DNA of 64,000 nucleotides from Sulfurovum sp. Its GTDB lineage: Bacteria > Campylobacterota > Campylobacteria > Campylobacterales > Sulfurovaceae. Shown one piece after another: positions 49,878-60,320 of the stretch. The translations under genes were made by a program, and so were the position numbers. Location of the stretch: NCBI RefSeq assembly GCF_041562805.1, contig NZ_JBFFOH010000001.1, positions 8,781 to 72,780 of the forward strand. The letters run 5' to 3'. The first letter of the stretch is position 1; each line of letters opens with the position of its first letter. The notes under the pieces are model-generated. The model was not told where the DNA came from. It saw nothing but the letters and a program-made list of their open reading frames with translations, and made no database searches.

Positions 49878-50071
49878 ATTTTCATAAAAACGTTCATCTA
49901 AATTAAATTTCTCTTAACAATAAGTCACAACACTATATGCGAATCTTCTATTAATATTATATTTTTTGTGTGCTAATGTTTGTATAGTTCATTATTGGCA
50001 TACAGGAATTCTTTGAGTTAAGATTCCCCTATCCTACCTAAGCACAGTAAGTGATCGTGTAGTATGAATAT

Positions 50072-51139
50072 TTAGGCTTGTCCACCTCTTAAAACATCCA
50101 ACACATTTGTGGCATAACAACCTTTTGGCAACACAAAACTAAGTTCATAATGGGCTTTTTCTTCTACATAGTTTTTCTTGATCTCTGTTACTTGTATCCA
50201 CGCATAACGTCTGGCTCCATTTAAGTTAATATCTTCAGCAAAAGGTGCTTCTATCAAACCAGCAACCCCTTCAGCTCTGTTTGTCTTTTTCCCAGGAAGC
50301 AACCCTGCAGGGGCAATGTCTTTAGATTCGAAACGCTTGGCTTCTTCTTCTAGGTTTTCAACATTAAACAAACGTCCATAAGGGTAATGCATCATCACAT
50401 CTCCTTCTACAAGTTTAAAAAAGTTTGGCTGTGATTTTGTGCCTTTGAGTGAGCCTTCCGGTAATTTTAGTATCTGCTCTGTCTCAGCTTCGGTGAATTT
50501 TTCCAGTAAGTGGTTGAGTTCCATACGCTTAGAAAGCCATCCGTTAAAGAGATAACTTTGATAAGACCCCATAAGAAACTCTTTGGTTTTCCTGTCACGT
50601 ATTTTAAGTGTACCCTCTATGAGTTTTTTCCCATCTACCCAGTTGTTTCCATCGGTTCCAAATCTCTGGTTTCCAAAGTAGTTTGGTACACCGTTTGCTT
50701 TTATCCATTTAAGTACAGAGTCCAGTTTATCTTTCTCTATACCCAGAACCTTTTTAAGGCGGATGTTAAATCGATTACCTTTAAGATGCCCTACTCTTAT
50801 TTTGTTATTGTGACGAACCGTAGAGAGTATCTTTATCTTATCATGCGTAAATACTTTTAACTTCTCTTCATGTATTGCCATGACTGAAATGTACTGTATT
50901 GTCATGGCATTTTTGTCTTTAAGACCAGCGTATCCCATGTCACGACGACGTATACCAACATGGTTAGAAATGATATCAAGCATCTCCCAGGTAGTCAGAT
51001 CTTTTTTGCGTACTTGTAGCACAAGGTGTTCGCCCTCACCTGTAAATTCATACAGTGGTATCTCCTCAACAGTAAAATCTCTAGGAGAGGAGTTAAATAC
51101 AAATTCATTTTTGATATTTAGTGGGTAGATTAGGTTCAT
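50072..51139 (-). CDS. truD: tRNA pseudouridine(13) synthase
   Basis: DF.VEE, GEGEH, YAGLKDK.A.T.Q, G.L.GNRF.I, PNYFG.QRFG, F.LPKG.YAT. Confidence 0.96.
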   Translation of the reverse strand: MNLIYPLNIKNEFVFNSSPRDFTVEEIPLYEFTGEGEHLVLQVRKKDLTTWEMLDIISNHVGIRRRDMGYAGLKDKNAMTIQYISVMAIHEEKLKVFTHDKIKILSTVRHNNKIRVGHLKGNRFNIRLKKVLGIEKDKLDSVLKWIKANGVPNYFGNQRFGTDGNNWVDGKKLIEGTLKIRDRKTKEFLMGSYQSYLFNGWLSKRMELNHLLEKFTEAETEQILKLPEGSLKGTKSQPNFFKLVEGDVMMHYPYGRLFNVENLEEEAKRFESKDIAPAGLLPGKKTNRAEGVAGLIEAPFAEDINLNGARRYAWIQVTEIKKNYVEEKAHYELSFVLPKGCYATNVLDVLRGGQA

Positions 51140-51337
51140 GAAATTCTTTCTATTTTATATATTAGTATTTTATCTGAAAGGTTATTAAGTTAGACGTTAC
51201 AAATAACGTATCAGTGTATGAGGTAGGACAAAGAAAATGTAGTCTTTAATATTTAACGGGTTATTCTTTCTTGTAATGGTAAGACATTTTATGTATACTT
51301 TATGATAAATATTAAAAGATATAATTGGTGAAATGAA

Positions 51338-52012
51338 ATGCAACCCAGAACACTGGCAATCATAATAGCAGTATTGCCGTTCCTTATTAGCAATGTCGTA
51401 TACTTGCTAAGTGCTTATGAAGGCAGTGTATCTTTGTGTGTACCTAATTTAGATGGGTGTACAAGTATCAGTAAAGCTGCACGTAGCGGTAATTCCCTAT
51501 ATATATTTCGTGCTACTATGATCGCATACGCTATATTGTTGATATGGTTCTGGATATATGTACGACAGTGGTTGGACCAGCTTTACGGACAAACTACCAA
51601 TATAGCTCGTGTTATTTTATGGCTAGGTGTAGTTGGCGCACTTTTTTTAATAGTCTATATTGATTTTTTAGGTACGACAGGGGAAGTGAATCGTTTTATG
51701 CGCCGATATGGTATTTTGCTCTATTTTGTATGTACTCCAATTGCTCAAATATTATTGCTCAGACAACATTATCATATTTTTCCATCTCTAGAAAAAGGTA
51801 CTATAAAACCGAGAGTTTTGCAGTATCAACTCATTATCATCATATTGATATTGGCCGTTGGTATCGTAAGTGGTGCAATGGATGTTATGAATACGAAGAC
51901 AAATGAAAGCGAAAATATTGTGGAGTGGAATATAGCACTGCTCATGCAACTGTATTTTTTAGGTATGGTTTTTTTATGGAAAGACTACAAATATTATTTG
52001 AAAAATGATTAG
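51338..52012 (+). CDS. Membrane protein (about 6 TM; Frag1/DRAM/Sfk1-like)
   Basis: C.P.LDGCTSIS..AR motif, C-terminal EW, hydrophobic helices. Confidence 0.7.
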   Translation: MQPRTLAIIIAVLPFLISNVVYLLSAYEGSVSLCVPNLDGCTSISKAARSGNSLYIFRATMIAYAILLIWFWIYVRQWLDQLYGQTTNIARVILWLGVVGALFLIVYIDFLGTTGEVNRFMRRYGILLYFVCTPIAQILLLRQHYHIFPSLEKGTIKPRVLQYQLIIIILILAVGIVSGAMDVMNTKTNESENIVEWNIALLMQLYFLGMVFLWKDYKYYLKND

Positions 52013-52139
52013 GTTTTTAAACTTTCATCAATTATCTTAATTAGGTATTTTTTGTATACGCATCTTTTAGATAAAATATGTATAATCACATTGAATGATA
52101 TACATAAGTAATCTATCAAAATATACTAAGGTTCTTGAT

Positions 52140-52814
52140 TTGAAATTTACCAACAAAAAAGCCATACTCTTCGACCTAGATGGTACACTCATCAATAGTG
52201 CCCCCGACTTGGCATTGGCAGTTAACCATATGTTGAAAACTTTAGATCGTGACACTTTTAGTGAAGGTATTATAGACGGTTGGGTTGGTAATGGTGCTCA
52301 GACTTTAGTAAATCGTGCTTTATCAGGACAGAGTGAGATAGATGCAGAGCTTGATACATCTTTTGCTGCTAAAGCACTAGAGATTTTTTTGACTTTTTAT
52401 GCAGAGAACTTATGTGTGGCTACGGTGACTTACCCCAATGTACCTTCTACACTAAAAGCATTAAAAGAAAAAGGTTACCGTTTAGCTATCGTAACTAACA
52501 AACCTTTTGCTTTTGTAGAGCCTATCTTAGAGGGATTAGGCTTAGGTGGGTTGTTTGAACTCATCTTAGGTGGAGACAGTCTAGCTCAAAAAAAACCAAA
52601 CCCTGCTCCGCTTCTTCATGTTTGTGAAACACTCAATGTTGATGTGAAAGCATGTGTGATGGTTGGTGATTCTAAAAATGACATACTCGCTGCTAATGCC
52701 TGTGCCATGCAGAGTGTAGGTGTAACGTATGGTTATAACTATGGTGAAGACATTAGCATGTATGCACCAGATGTTATAGTAGATAATTTTGCAATGTTAC
52801 TAGAGTCGTTATGA
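52140..52814 (+). CDS. gph: Phosphoglycolate phosphatase (HAD)
   Basis: FDLDGTL.NS, WVGNG, VTNKP, KKP.P.P, MVGDS..D; probable TTG start. Confidence 0.9.
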   Translation: MKFTNKKAILFDLDGTLINSAPDLALAVNHMLKTLDRDTFSEGIIDGWVGNGAQTLVNRALSGQSEIDAELDTSFAAKALEIFLTFYAENLCVATVTYPNVPSTLKALKEKGYRLAIVTNKPFAFVEPILEGLGLGGLFELILGGDSLAQKKPNPAPLLHVCETLNVDVKACVMVGDSKNDILAANACAMQSVGVTYGYNYGEDISMYAPDVIVDNFAMLLESL

Positions 52815-54259
52815 TAGAAAAAAAAGCTAAGATAGCCATTATTGGGGGAGGTGTTGCAGGATCAAGTGCAGCACTTTATTTTGGTCAGCTTGGTTTAAAT
52901 GTAACACTGTTTGAAAAAGATGCAAGCTTGGTGAGCGGGCCTCCGTGGTGTCATTTACATGCAGGAGGAAATCTTTATCGTGAGATCTCTGATGCACAGT
53001 GTATCACTTTACTTAAACAATCTATAGATTTTTTACGCTTCTATCCTTTTGTAGTGGACTATAGACCTACTGTAATAGTGTTGCCCACTACTGACAGTTC
53101 AACTCCTGAGGCGCTGCTTCCACGCCTTGAGTTGCTGACATATGAGTATAAAGCTCATATCGCAAAAGATCCTAAGAATGAAGTACTCGGAAAACCAGAA
53201 AACTATTATCAGATCTACACTAAAGAAGATATAAAACGTCTGAGAGAAAAAGAGTTGCCTAAAACACCTAAAACTTCTGATGAGTGGATGGTGCCCGTAG
53301 CGAAAAATATCGACCTGGATAAAGTACAGTTTCCTCTTATCATGGTTCAGGAGTATGGACTAAACCTCTTTAGACTTGCTGCAGGTGCTGAAATGACTCT
53401 TGAGTCGTTAGCTTCTGTTACACTGCATACAAACAGCATCGTCTATAATGTACAGCAGAACGTTGAAACAGAAGGTTGGAATATCAGTTATGTCAAGGAT
53501 GATGAAAGTCACACAGAATCTTTTGACTATTTGATTAATGCTGCAGGATTCAGGACAGGGAAAATAGATGATCTCTTGGGCGCTCCCTGTAAGTCTATGG
53601 TAGAGTTTAAAGCTGCCTATGTGAGTCACTGGGATGGATGTGAGGGGACACAGTTTCCTGAAGTTGTCTTTCATGGAGAGCGTGGTACACCACAAGGAAT
53701 GGGACAGTTTACCCCCTACCCTGGCGGATATTTTCAACTGCATGGCATGACCAAGAATATCACACTCTATGAAGATGGTCTGGTCTCAAATTCTCTTGTA
53801 AGTTGCCAACCGAGATTAGGTCAAGACTTTCTAGACAAAATAGAAAAATCTTGGACACAGGAAGAAACTGAAAAGCGTACAAAAGCTGCGATTGAACATC
53901 TCTCTCAATACATGCCGGCTTTCAATAATGCCACGGTAGGAAGTAAACCACTTTTTGGTGCACAGCAGATCCCTGGAGATGACCCTACTTTACGTGTAGC
54001 AGAAGTCTCTTTCCCTCGTGAACGTTATGCCAGATGTGAAATAGTCAAAGTCTCTTCAGTATTAGATATGATAGATGCCATCGCTAAACAATTCGTCGAG
54101 TTGGCATATCTAGAAGATAATATTATAGGAAAACGTGAATTTACAGATACTATACATTTAGATGAGCCTTCACTAAGAAAAAGGGCAGAATCTGTAGCTC
54201 TAAAACGAGACTACCCACGTGCATTGGCCAACAGAAATATCTCGGAGAAAATACTATGA
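52811..54259 (+). CDS. FAD-dependent oxidoreductase
   Basis: IIGGGVAG Rossmann motif, CHLHAGGNLYREIS, INAAG. Confidence 0.85.
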   Translation: MIEKKAKIAIIGGGVAGSSAALYFGQLGLNVTLFEKDASLVSGPPWCHLHAGGNLYREISDAQCITLLKQSIDFLRFYPFVVDYRPTVIVLPTTDSSTPEALLPRLELLTYEYKAHIAKDPKNEVLGKPENYYQIYTKEDIKRLREKELPKTPKTSDEWMVPVAKNIDLDKVQFPLIMVQEYGLNLFRLAAGAEMTLESLASVTLHTNSIVYNVQQNVETEGWNISYVKDDESHTESFDYLINAAGFRTGKIDDLLGAPCKSMVEFKAAYVSHWDGCEGTQFPEVVFHGERGTPQGMGQFTPYPGGYFQLHGMTKNITLYEDGLVSNSLVSCQPRLGQDFLDKIEKSWTQEETEKRTKAAIEHLSQYMPAFNNATVGSKPLFGAQQIPGDDPTLRVAEVSFPRERYARCEIVKVSSVLDMIDAIAKQFVELAYLEDNIIGKREFTDTIHLDEPSLRKRAESVALKRDYPRALANRNISEKIL

Positions 54260-54864
54260 AACTCTTTTTACTTCTTCTACTTACATTTACTACTCTTTTC
54301 GCCACTGCACAACTTGAACACGTTACCATTAAAAACCAGGACTTCAGCATTGTGACCGAAACATATGATATCTATGATTCTAAGGGTGAAGTGATGAAGC
54401 TTTACAAAGAAGAACGAAGTAATGATCTTGACTTTGTGCTGAGCCTTATTCTTAAAGATCGTACAGGAACATGCTCTGATCAGAGTATGCAAGATGGTAG
54501 CTATGAAATTAATGACACTGAGATCACGCTCTATAGTTTTTGGGATAGAAAAGGAAAATCATATGATAGCCCTTATGGTGCAAGAATACAGCGTTATGAA
54601 ATGCTTCCAAACCATACAGTAGTATTAAAATCAAGTAAAGTATATATTGAGACAGCTAGAATAAATTATGATAAAGAGAGTGGGATGAAGTACCTTTTTA
54701 CGCCTCCCAAAAACAACACTGAAACAGAAACACTTCAAATGTATGTAAGGTCAGTTGAACGAGAGTATAAAGGTGATTTTGTTTATGACGATGATGCAAA
54801 GAAACTTATAGATGATGTGCAAGAAGCACTTAGACGAAGAATGAAAGCCAAATGGCAAAGATAA
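54256..54864 (+). CDS. Hypothetical exported protein
   Basis: Signal peptide; overlaps both neighbours in operon fashion. Confidence 0.7.
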   Translation: MKLFLLLLLTFTTLFATAQLEHVTIKNQDFSIVTETYDIYDSKGEVMKLYKEERSNDLDFVLSLILKDRTGTCSDQSMQDGSYEINDTEITLYSFWDRKGKSYDSPYGARIQRYEMLPNHTVVLKSSKVYIETARINYDKESGMKYLFTPPKNNTETETLQMYVRSVEREYKGDFVYDDDAKKLIDDVQEALRRRMKAKWQR

Positions 54865-55364
54865 TAAATGTAAAGGTTATACCATTTCTGTCCATTCTGA
54901 TCGTCCTGCTTTATGCTCTGTACAATGCACAGTTTCGTGATCCCTTAAAAGTAGACAGTAAAAAACATAAGCATTACAAAGAGCATATAAAAACACATAA
55001 AGTACTACATTATAAAGATGAACTGTCCCAGATAAATACAGATGAGTATACAAAACAGTACATTATTCAAGTGATCAATCACGGTTCTACTGGATTAGGT
55101 TTTAAAGGAGGTGTAATGGAAGGCGGCTTTGCCAATCCTGAAGATGCTGAAAAAATAGCCTGTTATACTATGACTTTATCGGGTAGACAATGTAGTACCC
55201 CTTATGCCGAAGATGCACCAATGTTTTACACTAGTATTTGCGGAGGTTGCCATGGTAATGATGGTACGGGATTAGGTGGTAGTTACCCTGATCTCACTAA
55301 AGCCAAAATGTTAGGTATAGAAGCTAGGGAAATGTTTTTAAGATCTATGCAGAAGAATCACTAA
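54852..55364 (+). CDS. Membrane-anchored monoheme c-type cytochrome (CcoP-like fragment)
   Basis: N-terminal TM helix, CGGCHGNDG.G, P.L; His-rich linker. Confidence 0.8.
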   Translation: MAKIINVKVIPFLSILIVLLYALYNAQFRDPLKVDSKKHKHYKEHIKTHKVLHYKDELSQINTDEYTKQYIIQVINHGSTGLGFKGGVMEGGFANPEDAEKIACYTMTLSGRQCSTPYAEDAPMFYTSICGGCHGNDGTGLGGSYPDLTKAKMLGIEAREMFLRSMQKNH

Positions 55365-55372
55365 TTCAGACT

Positions 55373-56209
55373 TTAAAAATGATGACTTTTACACTGATAT
55401 CTATCACTATTTCTAGCCACTTTTGCAAAGACAGTTAGCGGTGTATTTGTCTCTTCTGATATCTGCATAACTTCTCCATAATACTCAGGAGCAAAGCTTA
55501 CTAACATTTCATATTCTTCTCCGCTAAGCCCTACTGTGTCGTCTATCTCTTCAAAAGAGTCAAATCCATATTTATTAATATCTAATAATTTATTCGTGTC
55601 ACAATAGAGTCCATCGGAAATGTCCATTCCCGTATGTAGATAATCTCTTGATCTAGCTATGAATTCTGCTCTTAAAGTAGGCTCAAAAAAGCGTGAATTC
55701 CCAGCTATTTTTTCACCTCTGTAAAGTGCATCCAAGTCTTTTTTACTCTCACCCAAAGTACCTGTATATGCCAACAGGTCACCCTCTTTTAAACCTGTAC
55801 GTAAAAGAGGTTTGTCACTTTTGGAGATGATAGTGATAGAGAGATGTAGTTTATCTCCGCCTATTGTGTCTCCTCCGATGATCTCACATCCGTACTCTTT
55901 TGCAGTACGTTCCAAACTGAGAGTCAATTCGTCTATCTGTGCTTCTGTCATATCTTTAGGTATTGAGACTGTAATAAGGGCAAATTTTGGTTGTGCATTC
56001 ATCGCTATGGCGTCTGAGAGATTGATAAGCATTGCTTTACGCCCTATCTGAGCTATGCTCATCCATTCACGCTTGAAATGTGTATCTTCAAAGAAAGCAT
56101 CCATGCTGTAAAGCGTATCTCCTATGACGGCTGCATCATCACCAATGTACTTGGAACTTAATTTGTTTATGAGATATTGTTCTTTGTCTATTTGTATTTG
56201 ATTAGGCAT
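55373..56209 (-). CDS. thiL: Thiamine-monophosphate kinase
   Basis: IGDDAA, D...E..HF, NLSD..AM.A.P, IIGGDT, MDISDGL, GEEYE. Confidence 0.95.
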   Translation of the reverse strand: MPNQIQIDKEQYLINKLSSKYIGDDAAVIGDTLYSMDAFFEDTHFKREWMSIAQIGRKAMLINLSDAIAMNAQPKFALITVSIPKDMTEAQIDELTLSLERTAKEYGCEIIGGDTIGGDKLHLSITIISKSDKPLLRTGLKEGDLLAYTGTLGESKKDLDALYRGEKIAGNSRFFEPTLRAEFIARSRDYLHTGMDISDGLYCDTNKLLDINKYGFDSFEEIDDTVGLSGEEYEMLVSFAPEYYGEVMQISEETNTPLTVFAKVARNSDRYQCKSHHF

Positions 56210-56357
56210 TTAGTGCTTTCCTGCATTGAATTTTTATTCTTAATTATTGGTAAAATTGTAACATACTTATATCGTTTTATATTTAGTTCATGCTATGTAG
56301 GCTATTTCAAATATCTATAAGCTATACTCTATCTAATATATTTATATGGAGCCTCCT

Positions 56358-57425
56358 ATGTCACATAAACTTGAAATAAGAGCATTCTTTTTTAATGCTA
56401 AAACAGACTACCTGCCTTACTATAAAAACTTCAACATCACTGTTGATACTGATGCAACTGCAAAAGATCTACTCGCAGAGATACAGGAAATGAACGAAAA
56501 CTTCTCTTACCCAAAACAAAAGCTTGTAATGAAAATCAATGGTTTGGTTGTAGAAGCTAAACAGTCTGTATCATCGATAGTAGAAAGACTTGGTACTTCT
56601 TTACAGATAGACCCGGTAAGCAGCTATCGTTCAAATGATGGACTTAAGATCAATGACAATGACTTTATGAAAAGTTTTGAGCTTTTAGCACCCTATGCTT
56701 CTGAGTCAGACTTGAAATACTACAAAACACTTTATGCCCTACACTACGCATCAGAGACAGAAAACTTTGACCGTGAGTACATTGGTGATGCAGTGCTTGT
56801 ATTGGCACATAAAATGATAAGTGAAGGTTCAGAGCACAAAGATAACATACTTGAGGCTATCACTTCTGTGCACTCTGGACTTCTTGATTGTGAATATGAA
56901 AATAATCTCTTTAATGCAGAAGATCACACAGCTGCCATAGAAGAACTTAAAGTAATGGTTAAACCTGAAGATACACCTTCATTATGCTCACAGATCATAG
57001 CCCGCTTTTCTAAGAATGAGAAAGAAGTGACTGAAGTTGTAGTAGCAAAAAGAGTTGCAGAGACAATAGATGGTATTGAAGAAAAGCGGGTAGCACATTA
57101 TGCTGGTCTGGCTTCTCATGATGCAATGCACAAACTGATCGGCGAAATGGGGATCAAAGGTATTCACTTTTCAAGAGCAAACAAACTGTGCGGAGTTGGT
57201 ATCCTGGAAGACAATAAAGACTTGGCTTTGAAAAAAGCAGGAGCAGTTCTTTTAGATGCATATGACAGTGGTGCTGAAGTTCTTTTGGTTGAAGAAATTG
57301 CTGCACTTGATATGTTCAGAGAACACTTCTCTAGCATAGAAAAAGTCATAGGTAGAAAGATGATAGGTTTAGAGCTTATCTCTGCTGAGGACTTTGTTTC
57401 TCAAGTAAACACTATAGTTGCATAA
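56358..57425 (+). CDS. Fe-S-less SdhB-like/CCG-like fusion protein (DUF5644-type)
   Basis: N-terminus IRAFFFNAKTDYLPYY matches SdhB IKAFRFNAETDYLPY; C-terminus NKLCG..AGAVLLDA matches SdhE NKCCG..AGNALLDA. Confidence 0.75.
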   Translation: MSHKLEIRAFFFNAKTDYLPYYKNFNITVDTDATAKDLLAEIQEMNENFSYPKQKLVMKINGLVVEAKQSVSSIVERLGTSLQIDPVSSYRSNDGLKINDNDFMKSFELLAPYASESDLKYYKTLYALHYASETENFDREYIGDAVLVLAHKMISEGSEHKDNILEAITSVHSGLLDCEYENNLFNAEDHTAAIEELKVMVKPEDTPSLCSQIIARFSKNEKEVTEVVVAKRVAETIDGIEEKRVAHYAGLASHDAMHKLIGEMGIKGIHFSRANKLCGVGILEDNKDLALKKAGAVLLDAYDSGAEVLLVEEIAALDMFREHFSSIEKVIGRKMIGLELISAEDFVSQVNTIVA

Positions 57426-57431
57426 TGAACA

Positions 57432-57459
57432 AGTAGCATGGTAGAAATGCCGCGCTACT
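57432..57459 (+). terminator. Hairpin after the DUF5644-type gene
   Basis: AGTAGCATGGTA-GAAA-TGCCGCGCTACT stem with a GNRA loop; weak U tract. Confidence 0.45.
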
Positions 57460-57568
57460 AAACTATACACTCCCGCACTTTTAAGCCGTTAAACCCCACG
57501 TTATAACCAAAATTAATGCTTAATAAAGATATGATAAAAGCAAATTGTAAACAAAGGATATAGATAAT

Positions 57569-59296
57569 ATGAGCAAAAACTCAGATATTAAAATCTACGA
57601 ATATGACGCAGTTGTCGTTGGTTCTGGACTCGCTGGTTTAGCTGCGGCTAAAGAGTTGACAGAAGCAGGTAAAAAGACAGCAGTTATCACTAAACTTCAC
57701 CCATTAAGATCTCACTCAGGTGCGGCACAAGGTGGCATAAATGCTGCTCTTAGTAACAATGATTCTACAGAACTTCATGAGTTTGATACGGTAAAAGGAT
57801 CTGATTATTTAGCAGATCAGGACTGTGTTGAACTTATGTGTAGTAAAGCACCTGAGACTATCAGATGGGCAGAAAGAATGGGAGCTGTTTTTTCACGAGA
57901 TGTCGAAGGTGACATTGCCGTCAGACCATTTGGTGGACAGTCTCAACCTAGAGCATGTTATGCAAAAGATAGAACTGGTCTTACGCTTCTCCAAACTATT
58001 TATGAACAAGCTGACCGTGCAGGCATCGAAGTATTTGATGAGTGGTATGCGGGTGATCTACTTTATGAAGATGGAAAAGTATCCGGTGTAGTTGCTTATA
58101 ACATCAAAAACTCTGAAGTAGCTATCTTCAATGCAAAAGTAACGATGTTTGCTACAGGTGGGAATGGAAGACTCTTTAGATTTAACTCAAATGCACATGC
58201 AAACACAGGTGATTCACTTTCTATTGTAGCACGTCATGGTCTTCCATTGGAAGACATGGAGTTTGTTCAATTTCACCCAAGTGGGCTTGGTGGTTCAGGT
58301 GTACTTATCTCAGAAGCGGCACGTGGTGAAGGTGGTCGTCTCTTTAACTCTGAGGGTGAAAGATTTATGACTAAGTATGCACCAAACGCGATGGAGCTTG
58401 CTTCACGTGATGTTGTATCTCGTGCTATTATGGAAGAAGTACGTCAAGGTAAAGGTGTAGGTAAAGATGGTCAGTCTGTGAACATTGACCTTACACATCT
58501 AGACCCTGAGATCATCTTAACACGTCTTCCAGAGCTTCGTGAACTTGCGATTGCATTCCAGGGGCAGGATATGCTGAAAGAGCCTATCCACATTTCTGCT
58601 ACAGCACACTACTCTATGGGTGGGATTCCAACGAATATCAACTGTCAAGTACGTAAGTCTCCTACTGAACTTGTAGAAGGTTTTTACGCTGCTGGTGAGT
58701 GTGCTTGTGTTTCTGTACATGGGGCTAACCGTCTTGGCGCGAACTCAGTACTGGAAGCCATGCTTTTTGGTCGTCATGCAGGTGAAAACATGATAAAAGC
58801 ACTTGATGAGGGTGCAACATTACGTAAAGCATCGGTGAGTGATGCAGATACATTTATAAACGAAATGAATAAGATAAAAACTTCTGGTGGGAATGAGACA
58901 GTACCGCGTATTAGAACTGAACTGCAAAATGGTATGACTGCGGATGCGGGTGTATTTAGGTCAAAAGAAACATTAGAGAGACAGCTAAAACTTATAGATG
59001 AACTCTTGGAAAGATTTAATCATATCCGTATTGACGACAAGTCAAATATTTTCAACACCGACTTACAAGAAGCCATAGAGCTTGGACATATGTTGGAGTC
59101 TGCGAAGTTTGTAGTTGTTGGCGCTTTAATGCGTGAAGAGAGCCGTGGGGGTCACTTCCGTGAAGATTTCCCGACAAGAGATGATGGAAAGTTCTTGAAA
59201 CACACATACGCATATATGGATAAAGAATTTAATATCCGTACAGAATGGGGTGAAGTAGTGCTTGGTAAATTTGAGCCTAAAGAAAGAACATATTAA
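57569..59296 (+). CDS. sdhA: Succinate dehydrogenase/fumarate reductase flavoprotein subunit
   Basis: [16 protein letters not shown] (covalent FAD His), [33 protein letters not shown]. Confidence 0.93.
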   Translation: MSKNSDIKIYEYDAVVVGSGLAGLAAAKELTEAGKKTAVITKLHPLRSHSGAAQGGINAALSNNDSTELHEFDTVKGSDYLADQDCVELMCSKAPETIRWAERMGAVFSRDVEGDIAVRPFGGQSQPRACYAKDRTGLTLLQTIYEQADRAGIEVFDEWYAGDLLYEDGKVSGVVAYNIKNSEVAIFNAKVTMFATGGNGRLFRFNSNAHANTGDSLSIVARHGLPLEDMEFVQFHPSGLGGSGVLISEAARGEGGRLFNSEGERFMTKYAPNAMELASRDVVSRAIMEEVRQGKGVGKDGQSVNIDLTHLDPEIILTRLPELRELAIAFQGQDMLKEPIHISATAHYSMGGIPTNINCQVRKSPTELVEGFYAAGECACVSVHGANRLGANSVLEAMLFGRHAGENMIKALDEGATLRKASVSDADTFINEMNKIKTSGGNETVPRIRTELQNGMTADAGVFRSKETLERQLKLIDELLERFNHIRIDDKSNIFNTDLQEAIELGHMLESAKFVVVGALMREESRGGHFREDFPTRDDGKFLKHTYAYMDKEFNIRTEWGEVVLGKFEPKERTY

Positions 59297-59303
59297 GGAG
59301 GTC

Positions 59304-60311
59304 ATGATGAGTATAACTGAAACTAGCGCAACTAGAAAAGTAACGATAAAAGCATTTAGATTTAATGCGGAAACTGATTACCTTCCATACACAAAACAGT
59401 ATGAAATGGAAGTAGGAAAAGATGAACTGATCCTTGACCTTATGAATAGGATCAAATGGGAACATGATGGTTCATTCTCTTATAGACGTTCTTGTCGTCA
59501 TGGTATCTGTGGTGCATGTGCGATCAAAGTAAATGGAAAAGCTGTACTGGCATGTAAACAAAATGCCATAGAACTACTAGACCTTTTCGATAACGATATT
59601 ACACTTGAACCAAGCTCTAAGAAACGTGCCATCAAAGATATGATCATCGATAAATCTGACTTCTGGGAAAAACATGCTGCTGTAAAACCATATGTGGTTG
59701 CAGATGTAGACCCTCGTCCGGCACATGAAACAAAACAGAGTATTGCAGAGTTTAACAACTTTTTGGATTCTGACCTTTGTATACAGTGTGGTGCCTGTCA
59801 CTACTCTTGTCCTGCGTTGGAAGTCAATGATGCTTTCCTTGGACCTGCAGCACTTAACACGGCCTATAGATTTACTGTAGACACAAGAGATGAAGCAGGA
59901 GATGAACGTCTTGCTATCACTGCTGAAGGTGGCTCAGGTGTTTGGGACTGTGTTAAATGTTTTGAGTGTGCTGAAGCATGTCCTAAAGAGATCAATCCTA
60001 TTGAAAAAATCGGAAAACTTCACAACTTACAATTTGTACGCGGTGTAGCTGAAAGTAATGTTGCAACACGTCACGCGGAAGGTTTCTTAAGAGGTATGAA
60101 GAAAACTGGTTACCTTGATGAAGCAGATATTGTTACGTATTCTGAGGGCTATTTAGGTACGTTAAAGCATGTTGGTACAGCGATGAAGATGATGAAAACA
60201 GGTAAAATTCACTGGCATTCAGGTATCCCTTTTATCAATAGTATTCCGAAGATAAAAAATTTAGATGAAGTTCAAAAACTTATTGAAATTTCACAAACAA
60301 ATAAACTGTAA
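59304..60311 (+). CDS. sdhB: Succinate dehydrogenase/fumarate reductase Fe-S subunit
   Basis: SCRHGICGAC, CIQCGAC..SCP, CVKCFECAEACP. Confidence 0.93.
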   Translation: MMSITETSATRKVTIKAFRFNAETDYLPYTKQYEMEVGKDELILDLMNRIKWEHDGSFSYRRSCRHGICGACAIKVNGKAVLACKQNAIELLDLFDNDITLEPSSKKRAIKDMIIDKSDFWEKHAAVKPYVVADVDPRPAHETKQSIAEFNNFLDSDLCIQCGACHYSCPALEVNDAFLGPAALNTAYRFTVDTRDEAGDERLAITAEGGSGVWDCVKCFECAEACPKEINPIEKIGKLHNLQFVRGVAESNVATRHAEGFLRGMKKTGYLDEADIVTYSEGYLGTLKHVGTAMKMMKTGKIHWHSGIPFINSIPKIKNLDEVQKLIEISQTNKL

Positions 60312-60320
60312 GGAGAACAG

